64,000 nt of DNA from Nocardia sp. GTDB lineage: Bacteria > Actinomycetota > Actinomycetes > Mycobacteriales > Mycobacteriaceae. Below the pieces are notes generated by a model that was given only the letters and a program-made list of their open reading frames with translations, was not told the origin of the DNA and did no database searches. The stretch spans positions 61,642-125,641 of the forward strand of contig NZ_JAODNK010000049.1 in assembly GCF_025465275.1 (NCBI RefSeq). Direction: 5' to 3'. Position numbers and translations under genes: made by a program. This document shows, piece by piece, positions 41,526-50,339 of the stretch (position 1 is its first letter; the number at the start of each line of letters is the position of its first letter).

Positions 41526-41569
41526 CGCGAAAACGGCGCGAAATCGACGCGAAAAAGGCGTGAAATCAG
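41526..41569. repeat. Four phased 11-bp direct repeats (iteron/centromere-like)
   Basis: cgcgaaaacgg / cgcgaaatcga / cgcgaaaaagg / cgtgaaatcag at 41526, 41537, 41548, 41559. Confidence 0.8.
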
Positions 41570-41742
41570 GCTGTGTCCAATTGGACTCAGAGGCTGATGT
41601 TTACAATTCCGTTATGAATAACACGCGTGTCATTCGATGCACCCGCGGTGATCGGGCGAACTATGCAATGTGGATCCACTCGCTGTACCGAGATGTTCGT
41701 GACGGAAACCGGATAGCTAACGCTTGATCGGAGGACCGCATC

Positions 41743-42663
41743 ATGGAAAGTATCGGTGATAAACAGGTGGTTCGACCCCTTCTGCTGACGTGGAAGGGTT
41801 TGGCAACAGGCGTTCTCTGCGCAGCCGCCCTCGGCGCGGCCCTGCTGTACACAGCGGGTGAAGCAGACGCAACACCGGTGGACGTTCCCGGTATCGGGCA
41901 ATTCGAGATCGCCGACGCACTCGCCGCGCAGCTCGGAATTCCCGCCGCCGCTCCGGAGCTCGCTCCCGCACTCGCTCCCGATCTCGTGCCGGCCGAATCT
42001 CCGGCCGCGGAGCAATCGGTGCTCGAGGCCTTCGAATTCCGTCCTGTGACGATTCCGGGTGTGCGTACCGCAGAGGTACCGGCCGTTATTGTCATTCCGC
42101 ACGCGGCCGCTCCGGCCACGGTCCCGGAACTCCTTCAGGCCCCGGAGATTTCGGCCCCCGTTCCCGCGCCTGCCGCGGTTCCGGATTCCCGCCAGGTGAC
42201 GCTGGCCGGTCTGGGCGATTTCTTCGTCCCGAACTTCCTGCCCCCACTCGCGGGCATTCCCGGCCTGACCGATGCCGCCGTTGCGCAGCCCGCACCCATG
42301 CCCGCCGCTATGCCGAAGAAGTCCGTCGGTCAGCGCGCAGTGGACGCGGCCCGCACGCGATTGGGCGCCGGCTACAGTTCCGGCGCGGTCGGACCCGACG
42401 CCTTCGACTGCTCGGGTCTGGTGCAGTGGTCCTACCGTCAGGCCGGTGTCGAAGTGCCGCGCACGAGTTATTCGCAGCTGTCGGCAGGCACCCCGGTCTC
42501 GGTGGATGAATTGGAGCCCGGCGATCTGGTGTCCTTCTACGGCGGCGGCCACTCCGCGCTGTATGTCGGTGACGGCCAGGTTATTCATGCCAGCACTTAC
42601 GGCTCCGGCGTGAAGATCTCGCCCATGGACAATATGCCGGTGACGGGAGCACGCAGGTTCTGA
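41743..42663 (+). CDS. Secreted NlpC/P60 (C40) peptidase
   Basis: Signal/TM segment, Pro/Ala linker, GPDAFDCSGLVQWSY, PGDLV, GHSALYVG, IHAS. Confidence 0.93.
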   Translation: MESIGDKQVVRPLLLTWKGLATGVLCAAALGAALLYTAGEADATPVDVPGIGQFEIADALAAQLGIPAAAPELAPALAPDLVPAESPAAEQSVLEAFEFRPVTIPGVRTAEVPAVIVIPHAAAPATVPELLQAPEISAPVPAPAAVPDSRQVTLAGLGDFFVPNFLPPLAGIPGLTDAAVAQPAPMPAAMPKKSVGQRAVDAARTRLGAGYSSGAVGPDAFDCSGLVQWSYRQAGVEVPRTSYSQLSAGTPVSVDELEPGDLVSFYGGGHSALYVGDGQVIHASTYGSGVKISPMDNMPVTGARRF

Positions 42664-42762
42664 ATTGAACCTGTCGTGCGCGTGCTACGTCATAGGATGT
42701 AGGGCAATGCCCCCGGAATGCGGCGGGAGAATCTCGTTGTGCGGGAAGATGCGAGGTGAGAA

Positions 42763-43704
42763 ATGAATAAGCGAAAATCAGCGGCGCTCGCGCTCGCGAC
42801 GTTCACCTTCTCCGCCTTCTCGACGATCGCGGCCGCCCCCGCGAATGCCGCACCGGTCTGTCCGGGCGCGGGCCAGCCGACGATTCCGGCGGCCTCGGTG
42901 CCGGGTGCGGCGCTGGAGGGCATCACGGTCGACGGCGGCGGGCGCGCTTTCGTCACCGATCTGGTGAGTGGCCGGGTCTTCCGGATCGACGCACCCGGTG
43001 CGCCACCGATCGCGATCGCCACGGTGCCCAGTGGCGGCGGCGGTGCGCTGGCCTGGAGCACGGATGGAAAGCTGCTGGTCGGGTACGGCGCCGATGCCCG
43101 GGCGGTGGTCGACGATACGCTGCGGCAATCCGGAATCGTGAAGGTCGATCCGGATACCGGTGCGGTGCAGCCCTTCGCCGCCGGCTTGAGCGCGGCCGAT
43201 GGCATGGATGTCGCTCATGACGGAACCGTCTACGCCACCAATGATTTCGGCAGCCTGGTGGGCCGCGTCTATCCGAACGGTGTGGTGCAGGCGGATTGGG
43301 GGAACTTCCCCAGTGCGAATGGTGCGGTGCTCAGCCGGGACAACGAGTTCCTCTATGTATCGCGGACATTCGTCAATCCCGGGGTGAGCCGGATACCCAC
43401 GGCCGCCCCGTGGGCGCCGCAGTCCCTGCTCGATCTCGGCCCGCTCGATGCGCCGGACGGCCTGACGCTGGATTCCCTGGAGCGCCCGGTGGTTCCGTTC
43501 AATCCGTCCGGACAGGTGGTGCGGATCGATGCTCCCGGGCAGTACTGCGCACTGGGCTTCGGCCCGCAGCTGACCAGCGAGGTCATCTACGGCCGTGGTG
43601 GCCAGGGCTTTTCGGCCGGTCGGCTGTTCGGTATCACCTTCACCGGCCTGGTCTACGAGATCCCCGGTGGCTTCGACCCGAATGCCGTGACCCCGACACC
43701 GTGA
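42763..43704 (+). CDS. Secreted SMP-30/gluconolactonase-like beta-propeller protein
   Basis: Signal peptide ANA-A, repeats LEGITVD, ADGMDV, ANGAVL, PDGLTLD. Confidence 0.7.
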   Translation: MNKRKSAALALATFTFSAFSTIAAAPANAAPVCPGAGQPTIPAASVPGAALEGITVDGGGRAFVTDLVSGRVFRIDAPGAPPIAIATVPSGGGGALAWSTDGKLLVGYGADARAVVDDTLRQSGIVKVDPDTGAVQPFAAGLSAADGMDVAHDGTVYATNDFGSLVGRVYPNGVVQADWGNFPSANGAVLSRDNEFLYVSRTFVNPGVSRIPTAAPWAPQSLLDLGPLDAPDGLTLDSLERPVVPFNPSGQVVRIDAPGQYCALGFGPQLTSEVIYGRGGQGFSAGRLFGITFTGLVYEIPGGFDPNAVTPTP

Positions 43705-43887
43705 CCCGGAGTCGTATTCGGAACGGGGCGAACGCTACGTTGCGTTCGCAACCGGGGGTAATCGCCGAATGCACTCGGAAACTGGATAATACCAACGCAA
43801 TTCGGTACACCTCCGCCAGTGGCGTTATATCCCAATGCAATTGGGTGGCCGCTGTGTTGCAATAACAGGGACGAAGGAGGTGTCCCG

Positions 43888-44598
43888 ATGCCCGGAGGAC
43901 GACTCACCCCGGATGACCGTCAGCGTATTGCCATGGGTCTGACGCAGGGGCTCGGGTATGCCGAGATCGCCCGCCAACTCGGCCGGCCCACCTCCACGGT
44001 GAGCCGTGAGGTGACGCGCAACGGCGGCCCGGGCAGCTATCGCGCGGAGGCGGCGCACGCTGCCACCGTGGTCCGCTCGCGACGCCGGGTGCCGCGCCCC
44101 AAACGGGTCGAAAAGCCGGTCGGCACAGATGAATACGGCCGCGCCCCCGAGCTGGTCGCCGAATTCAGCGCCCAGTTCGCCGAGCTCTTCGCCCGAACCG
44201 GCTTCCCGCGAATGCCCGCCGCCGTACTGGCTCGCCTGTACGCCGCGGATTCCGGCAGTGTGACCGCCGGTGAGCTGGTCCGTCATCTGCGCGTCAGCCC
44301 CGCCACGGTCTCCGCCGCCGTCGGTTACCTGGAGGACCAGGAGCTCATCCGCCGGGAACGGGACGGTGGCACGCGCCGCGACCGCTACTTCGTCGATGAA
44401 TCGGCCTGGTACCGAACCACTCTCGCCGGAGCGCGGGCCAATGAGCTGCTCGCGGCGAAGGCCCGCGACGGCGCCGACTCCCTCGGTGCGACCACGCCTG
44501 CGGGGAGCCGGCTACTGGGCATGAGCGAGTACCTGGAGAAGGTCGGGCTCGATATGGTCCGTTCCGCCGAGCGCTGGCGGGCGCAGCTCCGCGGGTGA
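43888..44598 (+). CDS. HTH + GbsR/MarR-like transcriptional regulator
   Basis: LGYAEIARQLGRPTSTVSREVTRNGG HTH, GFPRMPAAVLARL, SPATVSAAVGYLE; AGGAGG RBS. Confidence 0.85.
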   Translation: MPGGRLTPDDRQRIAMGLTQGLGYAEIARQLGRPTSTVSREVTRNGGPGSYRAEAAHAATVVRSRRRVPRPKRVEKPVGTDEYGRAPELVAEFSAQFAELFARTGFPRMPAAVLARLYAADSGSVTAGELVRHLRVSPATVSAAVGYLEDQELIRRERDGGTRRDRYFVDESAWYRTTLAGARANELLAAKARDGADSLGATTPAGSRLLGMSEYLEKVGLDMVRSAERWRAQLRG

Positions 44599-44628
44599 CC
44601 GTCGCGGTGAATATCGCCGATATCATAG

Positions 44629-44649
44629 ACATACATACGGTATGTATGT
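44629..44649. promoter_or_regulatory. Putative TetR operator
   Basis: Perfect ACATACATAC-G-GTATGTATGT inverted repeat 35 nt upstream of the hydrolase-tetR operon. Confidence 0.8.
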
Positions 44650-44684
44650 AAAAGTGGGGAGGTCCCACAGGCATTGGAGAAACG

Positions 44685-45551
44685 ATGGCAACAAGCACAT
44701 CACTCGGCCGTACCCACGAGGTGGAGCTGCCCGGCGGCCGCATCAGATACCACGAAACCGGGGAGGGGCCGCCGGTGGTTTTCGTCCACGGCCTGCTCGT
44801 CAACGCCGATCTCTGGCGCAAGGTGGTTCCGGAGATCGCGGCGGCGGGATACCGCTGCCTGGCCCCGGACTGGCCGCTCGGATCTCATGAAATCCCGGTT
44901 CCCGCAGCAGATCTGACACCGACGGGCGTAGCGGATCTGATCGCCGCCTTCCTGGAGCGGCTCGATCTGCACGATGTCACCCTGATCGCCAATGACACCG
45001 GCGGCGCGATCACCCAGGTGTTGCTGGCACGCAACCGTTCTCGCATCGGCCGCGTGGTGCTGACCTCGTGCGACAGCTACGAGGACTTCCTGCCGAAACC
45101 GCTGAACGCACTGCCGATTGTCGCGCGCATTCCCGGTTCTGTCCGATTGCTGACCGAGACCATGCGCATTCGCGCCCTGCACCGCCTGCCGATCGCCTTC
45201 GGCTGGGTCACCAAGCGCCCGGTGCCCCGGGAGTTCGTGGACTCCTACCTGCTGCCCAGCCGCAAGTCCGCCGCCATCCGCCAGGACCTGCGGCGTGTGC
45301 TGAAGACGCTGAACCGCAGCTACACCTTGGCAGCCGCCGAGCATTTCAGCGAGATCGACCTCCCGATACTCGTGGTCTGGGCCGCCGAGGACAAGATCTT
45401 CGCGGTCGCCAATGCCGAACGATTGGTCCGCGACCTCCCGAACGCGACGCTGCAGCTCATCGACGATTCCTACGCATTTCTCTCCGAAGACCAGCCCGAG
45501 TTGCTCTCCGCCGCGATCCTGGAGTTCACTCGGCTGCATGCCACGCCGTAG
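44685..45551 (+). CDS. Alpha/beta fold hydrolase
   Basis: VVFVHGLL, APDWPLGSH, IANDTGGA nucleophile elbow (Asp), WAAEDK. Confidence 0.9.
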   Translation: MATSTSLGRTHEVELPGGRIRYHETGEGPPVVFVHGLLVNADLWRKVVPEIAAAGYRCLAPDWPLGSHEIPVPAADLTPTGVADLIAAFLERLDLHDVTLIANDTGGAITQVLLARNRSRIGRVVLTSCDSYEDFLPKPLNALPIVARIPGSVRLLTETMRIRALHRLPIAFGWVTKRPVPREFVDSYLLPSRKSAAIRQDLRRVLKTLNRSYTLAAAEHFSEIDLPILVVWAAEDKIFAVANAERLVRDLPNATLQLIDDSYAFLSEDQPELLSAAILEFTRLHATP

Positions 45552-46137
45552 CCAGGAGGACCGTTCGCGCGCCACCAGGGCCGCGCTCGAGGAGGCCGGA
45601 CGCCGGCTCTTCGCCGAGCGCGGCTTTGCCGGTACCTCGGCGGAGGATCTGGTCTCCGCCGCAGGAGTCACCCGGGGCGCGCTGCATCACCACTACGGTG
45701 ACAAGCGCGGCTTGTTCCTGGTCGTACTCGAGCAGATCGAGAACGAGACCACGGACGAGATCGAGAGTTCGATCGCAACAGTCGATCCCGACAATATTCT
45801 GGGCGGAATGGCCGTCGGACTCAGTGTCTTCCTGGAGATTTGCCGTCGGCCCGCCATGTTGCAGATTGTGCTGACCGATGCTCCTACGGTGCTCGGGTGG
45901 AGTGCCTGGCGAGAGTTCGAAACGGCGCACAGTCTGGGGTTGATCACCGCACAGCTCGAGCGGGCCCGGGAGGCGGGGTTGATCGCCGAGGTCCCGATTC
46001 CGGTGTTGGCGCAGTTGCTCATCAGCGCCTTGAGTGAGGCGGCGCTGATTGTGGCTCATGCCGAGGACCCCGAGGTCGCTCGGGGGGAGGCTCAGGAGGC
46101 GTTGATGGTTTTGATCGGGGGGATTGTTCGCGGGTGA
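45538..46137 (+). CDS. TetR-family transcriptional regulator
   Basis: FAERGFAGTSAEDLVSAAGVTRGALHHHYGDKRGLF HTH. Confidence 0.93.
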   Translation: MPRRSQEDRSRATRAALEEAGRRLFAERGFAGTSAEDLVSAAGVTRGALHHHYGDKRGLFLVVLEQIENETTDEIESSIATVDPDNILGGMAVGLSVFLEICRRPAMLQIVLTDAPTVLGWSAWREFETAHSLGLITAQLERAREAGLIAEVPIPVLAQLLISALSEAALIVAHAEDPEVARGEAQEALMVLIGGIVRG

Positions 46138-46215
46138 AAGACGAAAAACAAAGACGCCTGGACAAGAAGAAGAGAAACGACCAAAGAGCAAGACAAGAAA
46201 AGAACAAGGACGCCG
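46134..46215. repeat. Purine-rich left flank of the DUF222 element, degenerate inverted repeat of 48603-48685
   Basis: Reverse complement shares cttgttc, tcttgctcttt, gtcc(a/g)ggcgtcttt and ttttcgtcttt blocks in order with 48603-48685. Confidence 0.55.
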
Positions 46216-46306
46216 AAAGAGGCTGGTCGGTCCGTCGGTCTGAATATCCTTATATCACAACCTATTTCGCCTTTCCGGGCCTGTTCTTCGGCGGTAAAAT
46301 AGAGGC

Positions 46307-48208
46307 ATGAATCCAGGGGGAGGAACCGCAACTGCTGTCAGTGCACACGCACTGACAGCAGCGGTCGATCACCTCCTGAACGCATCCCTGGTCCCGCTGC
46401 ACGATGATGAATTCATTGCGGTGATGCGGGAAGTGGAAACCTGTAAGCGCAAGCTCCAAGCGGTCGAGACCCGGTATGTCATCGAGACCACCACCCGTGG
46501 TCTGGCCCAGCGTGGCGGGGTCGCGACTCCGAAAGTGTTTCTGCGCCAAACCCTGGGCATCTCCCGCGCCGACGCCGCATCCCGGGTGAACATCGCCGTG
46601 GAGACCGGTCCGCGCATCGTGTCCGGTGTCGAGCTGGAACCGACGTTGGCGCATGTGGCGGCCGCGCACCGCGAAGGTGTGATCGGGGTCGATCATGTGC
46701 GGCGCATCATGACGGTCATGAACCGCTTGCCCGGTTGTCTCGACGCGGACGTGCGCGAAGCCACCGAACTGCAGTTGACCGAGTTCGCCCCCACCGGGTA
46801 CCCGGAAGGGTTGCCGGTCATGGGCGAAGTGTTGTTGGCGGGTCTGGATCCGGATGGCACGTTGAGTACCGATGCCGATCGGGAGCGGATGCGTGGGCTG
46901 ACCCTCGGTGCCGAACGCGCCGACGGGATGTCCCCGTTCGTCGGGGAGATCAACCGGAAATTGAGGTCGGTGTTGGAGCCGATGTTCGCGAAGCTGGCCC
47001 GCCCGGGGATGTGCAACGCGAAGGACCCGCAGAGCCCGTGGGTGGCTGATCACAAACTCACCGTGCAGGAGTTGGCGGCGTGCGCAGAACGCGACACCCG
47101 TACCCCGGCGCAGCGCAATCATGATGCGTTGCTGGCGTTCCTGCGCCCGGAGTTCGGTGGCGCGAAGAAGCTCGGTAAGCATCGTGGCTTGCCGGTGTCG
47201 GCGATCGTCACCATGAGTGTGGCTGATCTGGAAGCGCGGGCGGGTGTGGCGACGATGGCGTCCGGTGGGATCGTGTCGATCCCGGAGGCTTTGGAGTTGG
47301 CTGCCAAGTCCAGCAAGTACCTGGCGGTGCTGAACCCGGTGGGTTTGCCGTTGTATCTGGGTCGCGGCGACCGCCGGGCCGACCTCGAACTCTCCCAGCG
47401 TTCACCCGACACCGATCGAGGCCCGCGCGCCTCTGGCACCGAGTGTGATACCGGGTCAGCGGTTCTCGGCGACGACGCTCGCCCCGACCATGGTCCGCGC
47501 CCCACCAGCCCCGACCGTGGTCCGGGTTCGGCCAGCTGTGCTCGGGAGCTGCGCTCATCCGGTACCGAGTGTGACACCGGGGCAGTAGCTCTCGGTGACG
47601 GTTCCCTCCTCGCCGGTCCCGAGCGTGGTCCGGGTTCGGCCAGCTGTGCCCGGGAGCTGCGCTCATCCGGTACCGAGTGTGACACCGGGGCAGTAGCTCT
47701 CGGTGACGCTTCCCTCCTCGCCAGCCCCGAGCGCGGTCCGCGTTCGGCCAGCCCCGAGCATGATGCACATTCACGCAGCTCCGAGAATGGTCCGGGTTCG
47801 GTCGTTTTCGACCAGGAGCCCCGGTTGGCCAGTCTCGCGCAACGACTGGCGCTCATCGCCTCGGAGAAGGGCTGTACCCGGCCCGGGTGTGACGCGCCTG
47901 CGACTATGTGCGCGGTGCACCACATTGTGGAGTGGGCCAAGGGCGGGCGGACCGATATCGACAACCTCACCCTGGTGTGCGACCACTGCCACGCCCAGGT
48001 CCACGACGGGCCCGGCGGATGGAAAACCGTTGTCATGGGACCGGATTCGCAGTTCCCCGGGCGGACCGGGTGGATCGGACCCCCGCACATCAACCCGACC
48101 GGGACACCGCAGGTGAACCACCTGCACCACCCTTTCGAGCAGAAGGCCGCTGCCCTGGCCCGCATCCAAGCCCGCAACGAGCGGGAACGGCAACGCTACC
48201 GCCAGTAG
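46307..48208 (+). mobile_element. DUF222 + HNH endonuclease gene (13E12/REP13E12-type element), intact ORF of 633 aa
   Basis: LDPDG, RTPAQRNHDAL, KHRGLPVSAIVT, PLYLGR, C-terminal GCTRPGC...HHIVEWAKGGRTDIDNLTLVCDHCHAQVH. Confidence 0.88.
47517..47755 (+). repeat. 108-bp (36-aa) in-frame tandem repeat inside the DUF222 gene
   Basis: gtggtccgggttcggccagctgtg... recurs at 47517, 47625 and partly 47733 (RGPGSASCARELRSSGTECDTGAVALGD). Confidence 0.9.
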
Positions 48209-48215
48209 GTCCGCA

Positions 48216-48451
48216 CCCACCCCTCGTAGACACTGTCAGGCTGGTCCTGACGGTGCTACAAGGCGTTGCCCACCAAGGTTTTCGTGGCCGTAAGGTTTTC
48301 GTGGCCATCGACACCGATCACCAGACCCGGGAACAGCGGCAGACGTGGGTCGATGCCCGCAAAACCACCCCGACCCCCACCCGCGAATAGGGAACCCCAC
48401 CCCTCGTAGACACTGTCAGGCTGGTCCTGCCGGTGCTACAAGGCGTTGCCC
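48216..48451 (+). repeat. Two 56-bp direct repeats (55/56 identical), 180-bp period, each with a hairpin
   Basis: cccacccctcgtagacactgtcaggctggtcctg(a/c)cggtgctacaaggcgttgccc at 48216 and 48396; partial third copy at 48571-48600. Confidence 0.9.
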
Positions 48452-48664
48452 GGCGTGGTTCTTCCGTTTCACCGCGCCCCTGCGGGACTGGTTTCGCCCC
48501 GCCGGCCCGTCATACCGCCGCCGCGATAAGAGGTTCCCCCGCCCCCGGTGCCACCGACAGCTTCGCCCCGCCGGTGCTACAACCGTTGCCCGGCTTGGTT
48601 TTCGGGTCTTGTTCGTTGGGTTCTTGCTCTTTTCGTTCTTCGTGTCCGGGCGTCTTTCGTCTTT

Positions 48665-49221
48665 CTCTTTTCGTCTTTTCGTGTCTCTGCAACCGGACCA
48701 CAACCAGTCGACCGAGCTGGAACCGCAGATCCCTCCCCGACTGCGGGAGGTAAGCCGGGTACCCCTCCCGACGTCACCAGCACGGCCATCTCGGGCTCTG
48801 CCCGCACCCGGAGACCCAACACCCTCTTTCGACGCAAGCAACCCAGGTGCACCGACTTCTCGCGGCCTCGAATCCCCCCGAAGCGGGCACCGCACAGCCC
48901 TTCTCCCGCACCGCACAGCCGGTGTCCGTGCGGCACAGACCTGATAACCGTTGTGCCGCCGAGACACCCGCTGTGTCGTTCCCCGGCACCCCGATGGTTT
49001 CTATGCCGAAACGGTCGGTGCACCTGGGTTTCTTGCCTCGGGGGAAGGGTTGGTGTGGCAGGGGGTGCGAGCAAAGCTCGAGATGGCCGTGCTGGGCACG
49101 TTGGGAGAGGTACCCGGTTTACCTTCCGTTTACCTTCCGCAGTTGGGGGGAAACTTGCGGTACCGGCGGGGTCGACCGGCTGTGGTGCCGTTCTCGAGAA
49201 CAAGACACGAAAGGCGAAGAC
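48665..49221. repeat. Long imperfect inverted repeat (arms ~48665-48856 and ~49014-49221)
   Basis: Perfect 16-bp blocks acccaggtgcaccgac/gtcggtgcacctgggt and cagcacggccatctcg/cgagatggccgtgctg plus further colinear blocks. Confidence 0.85.
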
Positions 49222-49259
49222 TCACTTTGGTTTTCGGGAACGACAGACCTGTCGACAGT

Positions 49260-50008
49260 TGATGAAGCGGAAGCAGGTTCTGCCCGGTCAGCAGATTGCC
49301 GATCTCATTGCCCAGATCCAACGCGGGGTGATGACCTGGCCCGCCACCCAGCGCACCACGTCTCGGGCAGATAGATCTTGCCAGCCAGCGGAATACCCCG
49401 GGAGTTCACCATTTTGAACTTCTCGACCGTCCCGAGTTCGAAGTCGGCGCCGGAATCGGTTGCCGTACAACTGCCGTCGCGGGTCTCGAAGGGACGCTGC
49501 CGTCCGGATTGATACACGGGTACCGGAATTGCGCTTCCTGATACTGCGGATCGTCGTAGTTGTCGTCGAGCATCATGTCGGAGGTCGGCGATAGCACGAA
49601 TTATCCTGCGGTGTCGTCGATCCCGCATTTGCCGTCATGATTCCAGTCCGGCTGATACGCGGGATTCGAGGGCAGGCCGAGATTGAACGGCGGCGTGTGA
49701 CTCAGGGCGTCCTAGAGCTTCTGCGCGCCCGCCGGCACCTGGGATTGCCCATCGCTGGTGCCGTAGCTATCCGGTTCGGTCAGCTCCTGGAACGGCTGGG
49801 TGAGTTTGCCCGGCGAGGTGAATATGCCTGCCTTGACGAAGTAGTCGAGCATGCCGGGCTCGGTGGCGTCCTCGATGGTGCCCTGCAGCAGCGTGAGAAT
49901 CGAGGTGAGCGGGTAGGTCGGATCGAGCGGTTGGGGTGTGGGATAGGGCTCGCCGGTGTTACGGCGGCGGGCCTGCCGGTGGGGCGCCCGCGATCCGGGG
50001 TATGGCAA
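49260..50008 (-). pseudogene. Degraded gene fragment, possibly an alpha/beta-hydrolase-like protein
   Basis: One GC3-rich frame runs through TAG (49712) and TAA (~49601), then apparent frameshifts to ...KMVNSRGIPLAGKIYLP... Confidence 0.5.
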
Positions 50009-50207
50009 TTCCGGGGAAGCGGCGCTGAATTCGATCTACGCACCGGCGTACCACCGCCAGGTCGCCATTGATCGATTGCCGGATATCCGGTGTGCCGGCC
50101 GTCTGTAGTCTTCGGGCGAGAGTTACCGCATGCTTTTCCAGCTCTGACAAGAAGACTCTGGCCTGCGCCAATTCCGGATCATCGGCGGAATCGTAGCTAT
50201 CGAACAC
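49959..50207 (-). CDS. Small helical hypothetical protein (82 aa)
   Basis: Amphipathic helices ELAQARVFLSELEKHA...VRRCVDRIQRRFP; function unknown. Confidence 0.55.
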   Translation of the reverse strand: MFDSYDSADDPELAQARVFLSELEKHAVTLARRLQTAGTPDIRQSINGDLAVVRRCVDRIQRRFPGIAIPRIAGAPPAGPPP

Positions 50208-50339
50208 GGTTTCCTCGGATCATGCGGTTCGGGAGGACCTTACGGCCGCTCGACCCCCTGGTCTGCATAGTGCCGAAGTATTCCACGCACATACCGTCCA
50301 CGCTGCCCGAATGGTTGGCGTTCGCCCGGAAACCGCCGA

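Noticed and set aside
41445-41742. c-di-AMP (ydaO) riboswitch upstream of the NlpC/P60 gene
   Set aside because: The consensus elements (GCUGAAUCC, GGGGGA.CC, GUCAGCUAAC) are not present.
43888-44100. IS30-like transposase N-terminus
   Set aside because: Only the HTH resembles IS30. There is no DDE domain or terminal repeats, and the C-terminus is a MarR/GbsR-type regulator domain.
48216-48600. Canonical CRISPR array
   Set aside because: Only two full repeats, 56-bp repeats with ~124-nt spacers are outside the CRISPR range, and there are no cas genes. It is kept as a non-canonical finding instead.
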